This document shows positions 14,228 through 26,000 of a stretch of DNA of 64,000 bases, in pieces. The first letter of the stretch is position 1. Every line of letters begins with the position of its first letter. The stretch is taken from positions 62,001-126,000 of the forward strand of contig NGBS01000591.1 in NCBI GenBank assembly GCA_002245135.1. The letters run 5' to 3'. Origin of the DNA: Proteromonas lacertae. Taxonomy: Eukaryota. The position numbers and the translations under genes are program-made. Below the pieces are notes generated by a model, which saw nothing but the letters and a program-made list of their open reading frames with translations, did not search any database and was not told the DNA's origin.

Positions 14228-14761
14228 TTATACCATTTGTTGCATTTGTGACATCTTGATTTGGTTAATTGGATTACTCATATATTCACCCATCTGCATC
14301 CTAGTCTTTGCACTTGCTTGAGCCATTTCATTGTAATTAGGTCTATTCATATTCACATACATGTTAGGACCAAACAAATGCTGATCATCAATCTCTCTTA
14401 AACTATTAGCAAGTGGTATAGCCATTGCATTACCTTCATGTAATGATGTGGATAACATAGAATCGATTGCATTCTGTCTCTCTAAAAATTTTTGCTCATC
14501 ATTCAATTTACGAATATCACTTTCATTAGGAAGAGTGTCTTTAGAATTCAACTTAGTAATCTCATCTTTTATTTCTTTTAAACGACTGTTTCTCATATCC
14601 ACTAAATCTTTTGCATTCTCTCTATAAAAATTATTATATAAACGCTGATAATATTTGTCATGTCCTTTATACCCTTCACCTCTCCGTATCTTCTTCCTTT
14701 TGCCTTTGCCTCTCATCCGAGCAAACACAGCAAGTAGTATTTTCTTATTCAGTTTTTTCAT
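14228..14761 (-). CDS. Basic-N-terminus protein, putative virion core/DNA-binding protein
   Basis: 177-aa intronless ORF with RMRGKGKRKKIRRGEGYKG (GxG motifs inside a basic tract). Confidence 0.5.
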   Translation of the reverse strand: MKKLNKKILLAVFARMRGKGKRKKIRRGEGYKGHDKYYQRLYNNFYRENAKDLVDMRNSRLKEIKDEITKLNSKDTLPNESDIRKLNDEQKFLERQNAIDSMLSTSLHEGNAMAIPLANSLREIDDQHLFGPNMYVNMNRPNYNEMAQASAKTRMQMGEYMSNPINQIKMSQMQQMV

Positions 14762-14809
14762 AATAACTTAATAGAAAATAAAAAGAAACAATTTAATTAT
14801 CATATATAA

Positions 14810-16759
14810 CTGAATTAGGTAATGATCCAAATAGTGTAATTGATGAACTACCTAAGAAAGGATTCTTTGGTTATGGAAGATAACATAAAAAACATGTTCA
14901 TTTTCAAAAAACATAGAAAACATAATAGGAAGAGTAAATTGTAATTAAAATCAATTCCACATAGGCATTGTTTGGCTACTAACGTTTTAGGAGGTGTTGT
15001 ACAACTAAATATGGGAACAACAGTAAAACTTAATGAACACTTTGTTGTTCCCAATCCAAGACAAAGTGTAGATGAAGGTAAAATACCAATCTATATACCA
15101 ACTCAATTACCAACTAATGTACAACGATATATACCAGAACAGCCTGTTGGATACAATTATAATTGGAATTATAATAAATTGTTTGGACCTGGTTTAAGTA
15201 GACAAGCTAGAAGAGAGATTCAATATCTAATCACAAATAACTATGCTCAACACTTATCTAATAATTGTCACATTGATTTATATGATATGAGAGATCCAGC
15301 ACATAAGAAAGGTAATTTAAGAGGTACTCCAGCATTAGCTCAATTAGATACATCAATGCCAAGAGAATATATTTTAAATTGGCCTAAAGGTGTTACAGAA
15401 CAAGATGATATGGCATATGATAATGGAGTGAATAAAATAACAGATGATTTATATAAAAGATTTCCTCAATTACATGGTTATAAGTCGTTACAGCAAGCAA
15501 TTGAAATGAATCCTGAACTACAAGCATACAAAAACTATAAAAATAATATATTATCTAAAGGATGGGACTATATTATGGGAAATAATAAGGAAATGAATGA
15601 ATATTATAATAAGCTATTACTGCAACAAGAGTACTTGCAAAATGAATTAGCAGATGGTGTTAGTAAAATACATACTTATTCTGATCCATCTAATCTCGAT
15701 GCTGAAAAAGTTAAAGAATATATTGCATTAAATAGTCAAAAAATGGGTAGAGTAATGAATGATGATCAAATAAAAGACCAATCACTCTTTTTTAAATTTG
15801 CTACTGAGAATCCAGACATTATGTCAAAAGTTCCAGATATAGGTCAAGGTGAATGTTCACCAATAAATGAAGATTATTATAGAATGCTTAATGAAGTAGC
15901 TTCACAAAATAGTAGAGATTTCATTAATTTTGATTATAATAGAGAGAAATTTGCTCATGAACTTCCTGAAGATTGGATGGCAGCTTCTAATCCAGAAAAA
16001 GTATCGATAGCATTTGGTTTGCTGAAAACAGCATGTTCATCATGGGCAAAATTTGAAAATTCACAATTTCAGAAGGTATCGGACTCTTTGAAGGAAACTG
16101 ATTAACAGGTTTTGTAAGTAACTTATTGTTGTGTGTAGAAAATTTGTTTAGGATATTTCCTCAGATATATTATACATTCAAAGATTATTTAGTTGGTGGA
16201 GTGACTCTTCAAATGTTTGAAGTAGATCATGTAATGAAATATGTACGTACAATATTACTTTCATGTTTGGCTTTTGGTTATGGAAGAAGGCAAAGTTGCC
16301 AATGACAGCCTTTCTGTATGTAATGTGGTACTTCGTGTATGATTATTACGAAATTATTCGTATGTTGTCAGGTGGTCGTTTACCTGCTATCACTGACTTA
16401 TATTATGGTAATTCAGATAAAGAGAAGGCTATATTACCAAAAGCATTACAAAACTCTTGGTTACCGATAGATTTAATTTATAATTTTGGTGCATCATTTT
16501 TGTTCAATAAACATCCCTATATCAGACATTTGTTTCAAGCAGTGCCATTTTTGTTTAGGTTTACTGGTATGTCACCTCCTAATTTAAGTAATGATAGTTC
16601 AGGATCGATATTGAAAGCTGCTTCAGAAGTGTAGCAACAGTGATAACAGCACTTACTGAAGCCAGAAGGACATAAACATAAGAATAGAATGCAATTTCCA
16701 ACTACGTTCCAAAACAACAACAATCAATTCCAAGTTCATTCACTAATTTTGGTAGAGCA
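14810..16759 (+). pseudogene. Virus-like polyprotein paralog B (frameshifted, 5'-truncated)
   Basis: ORFs 14972-16105 and 16263-16634 plus the intervening frame (TGFVSNLLLCVENLFRIFPQIYYTFKDYLVGGVT) align collinearly with the 491-aa paralog A. There are stops and frameshifts at about 14880-14945, 16105, 16262 and 16630. Confidence 0.6.
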
Positions 16760-17248
16760 ATGAGTAACTTAGATCAATTAAAACAAGTTAATCAAGCTTT
16801 AAATTGGTTTCAAAGAGGTAATGGAAATAATAAAAAAGTAAAGAAATTAATTTCACGTAGGAAGATTTTATATAACAATATCACTTCAGATGCCTTATCG
16901 AACTTTGATATAGAGTTAATTGTGAAAAATGAGTTCAATAATTTTCACGGAAAGTTCATGGGAGTGTTCTGCTGGGACGAGCTTGTACTTCCTACACCCA
17001 AAAAGAAGAATCAATGGGGAATCATAATCAATACACTCACCACACAAGCTAGCCCTGATTCTATAGGTCATTGGGTGGCCTTAGTAGTTGACAATATCAA
17101 GAAGCAATTCCTGTACTATGATTCATTTGGTGAAGATCCTCAACACTTAGAAAAATTCAAAAAAAGTTTGAAAAAATTAAAGAAGTATCATAATGAAAAG
17201 TATGAACTTAAAATCAATGGAGTACAGAACCAAAATTCAAATACTACC
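16760..17248 (+). pseudogene. Adenain/Polinton-virophage-type cysteine protease (clan CE), 5' part, interrupted by the Ginger insertion
   Basis: Motifs FMGVF, IIINT, GHWVALVVD, YYDSFG and VQNQNSNTT. The catalytic Cys lies beyond the insertion. Confidence 0.85.
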
Positions 17249-17351
17249 TGTTGTTCCCCGTTGAGTACAACTCCCCGTTGAGCGATTAGAAACTTTAGAA
17301 ACAAACTAATTATATAATGTTATTACTCATAATGAGTTATGAAGGGATATA
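17249..17351 (+). repeat. Left TIR of the Ginger element
   Basis: TGTTGTTCCCCGTTGAGTACAACTCCCCGTTGAGCGAT... is the reverse complement of 27323-27425 and contains two direct copies of TCCCCGTTGAG. Confidence 0.95.
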
Positions 17352-18383
17352 ATGTTACCTTGTCATATAAGCTACTTTTGTGAGTAAAAAAATAGTGTCA
17401 TAATATTGAGAAAAAACTACATAAATGAGTGTTAGAATTAATTTATATTTCATATTTTATGTTTTTATTTTAATATGATGTCTAAATAAAAAGTGACAAA
17501 ATTTAAGGATTTAAGAATTATACCCCTTCTGACGTCAGTGTTTTCACACAAACTTTCTCAAACTACATTCATTTCATTTTTTTGATTTTAAAACTATTAA
17601 AATAGTTAATATTATTGTAATTTAAATAATTAGCATAAATGGATTTTTATCATACAAAATTTGCTGTTTTTATATCACCAATATAGATATAAACAAAAAA
17701 TGTGTAATTGTGGAAATATATTTATAGAAAAAGTGTCTTTTTATTTACTATAATATATATAATGAGTGTATAATGAGTATAGTTAATATATTGTATCAGA
17801 TCTTAAAATCACTTGCAAATCAGAATACACTCTTTTGTTTTCTTAATACAAATTAAATAATGTTTATTATTTTATATAAAATACAGCTAATTAACCAAAT
17901 CACACTTCTCGCATTACATTCTTATACATTCAACTCTTCTGGACTTATGAAACATATACCATTTATTTTTATATGCTTTTCTTTTCTAAGTGTTTATTAA
18001 TATGTTTTTCATACAACTTAAAAAACTATTGTAAAACAAAGAAAATAACACAAACCTCAAGCCTATGATAATATTTGAATTTTGATATCAAAAATGTAAG
18101 TGTTATATATATATATATTATTATTATTATATTATTATATATTATATATTATTTATCAATTTATTTATATATATATATATTTTGCGTTAAAGGTAGATAT
18201 AGATGAATATAGTCATTGGTAAGAAGAATGAATATTATGTATAGTTAGTAAAATATTTTTCTCAATTTGGTAGTCAATCATTATATTCATTTATCGATAA
18301 TTATGATAAAGAAATTTTTAATGCTCATTTGGAAACTGTTTTGGAATTGTATGTATATATTTTGTTATAATTGTTGTTTATAG

Positions 18384-19500
18384 ATAAAAGGTGATAATGC
18401 GAATAGAATGAAGATGAACATAAAGTTGAATCCTCTAATACTAAAGAAGATGAGATAAGTCAATTGAAAGAAGAGTTGAATGAAATGAAGAAAGAAAAGA
18501 ACGAATTAGAAAGTCAATTGAAAGAGATGAAAGAAGAATCTAAACCATATACTGATGAAATTGAATCATCAAATAGTTAAAAAAAGAATAAAGAATAAAT
18601 AGAGAAAGAGTTGAATGAATTGAAAAATAAAATCAAAGATAATAATAAGATAGAAAATGATGTAATTTACAAAAGTGAAAAACTTGGAATAAGTGAAATA
18701 GAAGAAATAGAAAATGAATTGAAAGAAGAATGAGATAAATCTAATCAATAGAATGTAGAATTACAGAAGAACAAAGATGAATTAGAGAAAGAAATAACTC
18801 AATTAAAAGAACATCAATCTAAATCTCAGAATGAATTAGAGAATGAATTAAATGGATTGAAAGAACAACTAGATAAATCCAAAGAAGAGAAAGAAGAAAT
18901 GAAAAAGAACAAAAAAGATTTAGAGAATGAGTTGAAGAAAATGAATGATGAAGTAATAAAATGTTAAACCATTTTAAGATAATTCAAGTATTTATTTTAT
19001 TCCCATAATCAGTACTTCAGTTTAGTTATATCAACATGATGACATGATAATGAAGAAATGATTGAATAAGTGGGTAATGATCCTGAAGTGTTAGCTTTTA
19101 TTGGAACTTCTACTAATGAAGAAAGATAAGCAATTCATCCATATTTGTCAGAATATAATAAATAATTATTCTCATTTTATGTTGTAGAAGTTTAAAAAAG
19201 TTTACAAGAATGTAATACAGTTTGGAAGAATGCCTCATCATTATATGATTAAAGTATTTAATTATCACTATATTAATAGAAGATTATAATATAACATTGA
19301 ATAATGAGAATGGTATAATAAGTGGATTTCCAACTAATGAATTGAATAATATGTTGAGAATAAAAATAACAGGTAATAATGATAAAGAAGGAATAGAAAT
19401 AGAAAATTCAGTTATTAAACACATTCAGTTGCAAACCTATCTCACATATTATGAAACAAAATATATATTTTGTAAGTGAAGAAGATAAGAAAAAATATAG
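18384..19500 (+). pseudogene. Degenerate host-like gene fragment (K/E-rich coiled coil + Ig-like remnant) carried inside the Ginger element
   Basis: Long E/K-rich coding-like tract with several in-frame stops. LNNENGIISGFPT resembles the IDKESGIIHGKVN Ig-like motif in the host gene at 3478-4536. Confidence 0.5.
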
Positions 19501-19786
19501 AATAGAATAATATGAAGGCAAATGAAATTGACAGATAAAACAAAAGGAGTGTTTGTAAGAATAAATGTGAATAAGTGTATTTAGATAATGTATTACTTTA
19601 GGTGATTTTACATTAGTTGGTATGAATTTATTGTTTTTTGAGGTTTTATTTCAGCAATACATAATTAGAATTCAATGATTTATATAAAAAATAACAGTAA
19701 AAACATTAGCTATATATATTTATTACTATAACTATATATATACATATAATTCTCATTTATTTCATAATATATATCATAATATATAG

Positions 19787-22700
19787 GTTTTCTGAAGTAT
19801 TACACCTTGATCAAGTACTTGAGGACGATCACAAACCTCTTTATTATCAAGCACTTGATAAGTTGTTTAAAGAAAAAGCCTCTTCCAGCGGCGATAAAAA
19901 GAGAAAAGAACACAGAAGAAGTCATTCTGTAGGTATCGAAAAGAGAAAGAAAGGAAACAAAAGAAGCCGTTCTACTAGTAGTAATGAAGTAGAAGAAGAT
20001 AATTATCGTTGTAGAAGCTTTACCAAAAAGAAATACGATGATTATGTAAAAGATATAAACTTCTATTCCAACAAAGGTTATTCTTACGATGAAGAGACAA
20101 AGCAGTTATTGTTTAAAGGAAAGAAGGTTATTAAAATTGAAGAATCGTTTGATGTACTAAAAGAATTACACGAAGGTAATGGTCACATTACAATTGAACC
20201 TTTGTATTACTTGGTAAATGAAAAGAAGTACTATGGTATTACCAGAGAAATGGTAGATGTATTCGTAAAAACATGTTCTGGATGTAAAGAATTGAAGAAA
20301 GTTCATGTTGAACAACCGTTAAAACCGATACTATCAAGCTATCCACGCGAAAGAGTGTTATGCGATCTAATTAATATGAGTAAAATCAATGAGAAATTTA
20401 CAGTTACTGAAGAAGAACAGTTTAATTACATTCTTACAGTGATTGATCATTACAGTAATTTTACAATTATATATCCATTAAAGAGAAAAACAAAAGAAGA
20501 AACAGTGAAGAATATGCGAAATTATATCAGAATTTTTGGTGCTCCTCAGATTCTTCAAATGGATAATGGTACTGAATTCAAGAATGATTTGATGAGAAGT
20601 TTATGCAATGAATATGGAATTGAAGAAGTTCATAGTGCACCATATAGGCCTCAAACGAATGGAAAGGTAGAAAGGTACAATCGAGTTGTGAAAAACACTT
20701 TAAAAGGATTTATGATGTCGAATAAAGGCATTTATTGGACTGAATTTGTTGATAAAATTATTGAAACAATAAACAATCACAAGTGCAGAAGAACACATTC
20801 TAAGCCTAGATCTTTATTCTATATGGATATTGAACAATTAAAGAAGGAAAACCCAAAGTTATTTATAAAAGAAAATGGCGAAGAAGATGGTGATAATGGT
20901 GGTAATAATGGTACAGTTGATGGTGATGATGATGGTAATGTTTGTCATGATGAATTATGTGATTGTTCTAAAGAAGATGATAAAGAATATTTTAATGATG
21001 ATGAATACGATGAAGTTGAAGTAATAGAAATAGCAAAAGAAAAATATGATGAGAAGAAAAACATAGAAAACATCAGAAAAGATATTTTGAAAAATGAACA
21101 TAAACTCCAACAAGTAAAAGATTACATTAATAAAAGAAGAGATGAATACAATGATAAAATGCATGATGAATCAGAAAAAAAGCTGAAGAAAACTATTATC
21201 AATCCTAAACATGGTGATATAATTGTCTATACCGACAAGAAGAAGAATTACGCAGATAACAACAAGAAAGGAATAATTAAAGAAGATAAAAAAACTAAAG
21301 ATTTATATGGATTGTATACTATTAATATTTAAATTAATATAATTATATAGGATTGATGACCAAGCAATTAAACTTACTACATCTTCAGCATTTACAATAA
21401 TACCTGTTACAAAAGAAGTAAATGAAAAAATGAAAAGAAAAGCTGATGAATTATATGTATTATAAAGTTTATTATTATTATATAATAGATGAATCCTCAA
21501 TCAAAGAAAAGACTATTAGATCCTGATTATAAGAAACAATTACATGAAATAGTTCATAGGCCAAAGTTAAATGCAGTCTATGGAACTATAGCTATAGGAG
21601 CAATTGATATTAAATTAGATTCATCATCACCATTAGAAGAAAGTCGATTAGAATATGTTAAATCTGTTAGAAATAAAATTGGAACAATGCAGTTGGATAT
21701 TATAGATGTAAGATTTATATTGGATTTATATACTTATGGAAGTCAATTTGATCTATTATTAGAGAATGATGAATGTTTAGGTACTTATATAACAACTAAA
21801 AATAGGGATATTTATATAATTAAGTCGGATAGTAGGTATTATACAACGTATCAGACATTAGTAAAAGGTATAAAGTATATTCATGTCATTGACTCATCTA
21901 ATAAAGGTAATTATAAAACAGATTTAGAGAAACTCAGAATTAAAGTTGGTAAAGATAAAGATCAATTCAGATTATTAGTTGATAAGGTGGAAACAAATCA
22001 TCCAGAAGCTACAGATATAGTTTCATTGGTAGTATTTATGATGAAATGTAAGGGTGCAAATATTATTAGTGTTGACACAAGGTTATTAGGAGATTTGTTT
22101 AAAGAATATATAGATACATTAATCAATACCAATTCATGTTTATTGAACTTGGCATTTTTTAAATCATATTGTTCAAAAATATCAACATCATCAATTACTT
22201 ATGAAGAAGAACAAGAAAGCCATGGTTTAAGCTTTGTAAAAAAGATAAGAAAAGTATTTCAGTATGATGATAAGATTGTTTGTTACAAAGGTAAAGAAAG
22301 GGCTGGAAACATCAGTAAATGTGAAAAATTAATATGTGATATGAATACTAATTATGAGTTAAATACAGACGAGTTCACACTTCTACTACATTTCATCAAC
22401 AATGACAATAGTGATGTTATAGATCCATTGGTACTATATCAGAGTGAAGCTCCCAATCACCCCATTCATCATAGTGGTACTTATTTCATTCCAGTATGCA
22501 GAGAACATCATTGGACAGTATGGGAGGTGGAATATGTAAAGAATGAATCAATTACATGTTATATCCATGATTCAATGAAAGAATATACTCATGACTCTCA
22601 AGATAGAAGGTATTTATACTCTGATATTACATCATTATTTGACACAGAAAACATCGATATCTCTTATAAATGCAGTAAAATAATACCATTAGATTATGAG

Positions 22701-22934
22701 TTAAAGAACTTAAAACAAAAAGGTGATAAGAGCTGCGGTTATTTTGCATTGTTCTTTTTAGGTATAAGAAAGATGAATATGGAAATTGAAGATGTGGAAC
22801 ATATAGAATCTTTCAATATATCGTACTTTATAATGGATTTAAAAAGGGTTTTAGCATCATTGGATAATAATGATAAAGCAAAGTTATATTGGTATAAAAA
22901 GCATAAACCATCATTCTATAAATTCAAATGCTAA
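19787..22934 (+). CDS. Ginger transposase: HHCC zinc finger + rve DDE integrase fused by splicing to an unknown domain and a Ulp1/C48-like protease
   Basis: LHEGNGH...CSGC; catalytic LCD, QMDNGTEF and NGKVERYN. GT-AG introns at 21314-21350 and 21457-21488 join ORF 19863 in frame to ORF 21489, which has HHWTVW, YIHDSM and KQKGDKSCGYFAL. The first exon was not located; an acceptor AG lies at 19785-19786. Confidence 0.88.
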
Positions 22935-23044
22935 CATCTATATTAATTAATTATAATAATGTTTTATTGTAACTTGTTTGTTTTACAAATTTAACTTTTA
23001 AATAACAAATAATTAAAAGTATATAAATTCATATTCACTATTCC

Positions 23045-26000
23045 TATTAAGATTAAAATATGTGTATGTAATACACATACTATAATACATCTATCTATAT
23101 ATTAATATCAAAAATTACTCAAAATTTGACTGAATCTAGTTTCAGATTCAGTCAAATTTTAAGTAATTTTTGATATTAATATATATTTATATACAATTAA
23201 TAGTATCTAACATATACAGAGAGTATCAAGTTAATACTGTGTGTCTGTACTCAACAGGGAGAAAAGAGTAAATTTCATCCCATTGAGTACAGACAAACAG
23301 TATTAAGCTTATAGTATGTGTATGTAATACACATACTATAATACATCTATCTATATATTAATATCAAAAATTACTCAAAATTTGACTGAATCTAGTTTCA
23401 GATTCAGTCAAATTTTAAGTAATTTTTGATATTAATATATATTTATATACAATTAATAGTATCTAACATATACAGAGAGTATCAAGTTAATACTGTGTGT
23501 CTGTACTCAACAGGGAGAAAAGAGTAAATTTCATCCCATTGAGTACAGACAAACAGTATTAAGCTTATAATATGTGTATGTAATACACATACTATAATAC
23601 ATCTATCTATATATTAATATCAAAAATTACTCAAAATTTGACTGAATCTAGTTTCAGATTCAGTCAAATTTTAAGTAATTTTTGATATTAATATATATTT
23701 ATATACAATTAATAGTATCTAACATATACAGAGAGTATCAAGTTAATACTGTGTGTCTGTACTCAACAGGGAGAAAAGAGTAAATTTCATCCCATTGAGT
23801 ACAGACAAACAGTATTAAGCTTATAATATGTGTATGTAATACACATACTATAATACATCTATCTATATATTAATATCAAAAATTACTCAAAATTTGACTG
23901 AATCTAGTTTCAGATTCAGTCAAATTTTAAGTAATTTTTGATATTAATATATATTTATATACAATTAATAGTATCTAACATATACAGAGAGTATCAAGTT
24001 AATACTGTGTGTCTGTACTCAACAGGGAGAAAAGAGTAAATTTCATCCCATTGAGTACAGACAAACAGTATTAAGCTTATAATATGTGTATGTAATACAC
24101 ATACTATAATACATCTATCTATATATTAATATCAAAAATTACTCAAAATTTGACTGAATCTAGTTTCAGATTCAGTCAAATTTTAAGTAATTTTTGATAT
24201 TAATATATATTTATATACAATTAATAGTATCTAACATATACAGAGAGTATCAAGTTAATACTGTGTGTCTGTACTCAACAGGGAGAAAAGAGTAAATTTC
24301 ATCCCATTGAGTACAGACAAACAGTATTAAGCTTATAGTATGTGTATGTAATACACATACTATAATACATCTATCTATATATTAATATCAAAAATTACTC
24401 AAAATTTGACTGAATCTAGTTTCAGATTCAGTCAAATTTTAAGTAATTTTTGATATTAATATATATTTATATACAATTAATAGTATCTAACATATACAGA
24501 GAGTATCAAGTTAATACTGTGTGTCTGTACTCAACAGGGAGAAAAGAGTAAATTTCATCCCATTGAGTACAGACAAACAGTATTAAGCTTATAATATGTG
24601 TATGTAATACACATACTATAATACATCTATCTATATATTAATATCAAAAATTACTCAAAATTTGACTGAATCTAGTTTCAGATTCAGTCAAATTTTAAGT
24701 AATTTTTGATATTAATATATATTTATATACAATTAATAGTATCTAACATATACAGAGAGTATCAAGTTAATACTGTGTGTCTGTACTCAACAGGGAGAAA
24801 AGAGTAAATTTCATCCCATTGAGTACAGACAAACAGTATTAAGCTTATAGTATGTGTATGTAATACACATACTATAATACATCTATCTATATATTAATAT
24901 CAAAAATTACTCAAAATTTGACTGAATCTAGTTTCAGATTCAGTCAAATTTTAAGTAATTTTTGATATTAATATATATTTATATACAATTAATAGTATCT
25001 AACATATACAGAGAGTATCAAGTTAATACTGTGTGTCTGTACTCAACAGGGAGAAAAGAGTAAATTTCATCCCATTGAGTACAGACAAACAGTATTAAGC
25101 TTATAATATGTGTATGTAATACACATACTATAATACATCTATCTATATATTAATATCAAAAATTACTCAAAATTTGACTGAATCTAGTTTCAGATTCAGT
25201 CAAATTTTAAGTAATTTTTGATATTAATATATATTTATATACAATTAATAGTATCTAACATATACAGAGAGTATCAAGTTAATACTGTGTGTCTGTACTC
25301 AACAGGGAGAAAAGAGTAAATTTCATCCCATTGAGTACAGACAAACAGTATTAAGCTTATAGTATGTGTATGTAATACACATACTATAATACATCTATCT
25401 ATATATTAATATCAAAAATTACTCAAAATTTGACTGAATCTAGTTTCAGATTCAGTCAAATTTTAAGTAATTTTTGATATTAATATATATTTATATACAA
25501 TTAATAGTATCTAACATATACAGAGAGTATCAAGTTAATACTGTGTGTCTGTACTCAACAGGGAGAAAAGAGTAAATTTCATCCCATTGAGTACAGACAA
25601 ACAGTATTAAGCTTATAATATGTGTATGTAATACACATACTATAATACATCTATCTATATATTAATATCAAAAATTACTCAAAATTTGACTGAATCTAGT
25701 TTCAGATTCAGTCAAATTTTAAGTAATTTTTGATATTAATATATATTTATATACAATTAATAGTATCTAACATATACAGAGAGTATCAAGTTAATACTGT
25801 GTGTCTGTACTCAACAGGGAGAAAAGAGTAAATTTCATCCCATTGAGTACAGACAAACAGTATTAAGCTTATAATATGTGTATGTAATACACATACTATA
25901 ATACATCTATCTATATATTAATATCAAAAATTACTCAAAATTTGACTGAATCTAGTTTCAGATTCAGTCAAATTTTAAGTAATTTTTGATATTAATATAT

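Noticed and set aside
6488..19500. Stop-codon reassignment (TAA/TAG read as sense) to explain in-frame stops
   Set aside because: Housekeeping genes end in TAA/TAG and lack internal stops within exons. The stops in TBCE and the cargo fragment replace different residues, as expected from decay.
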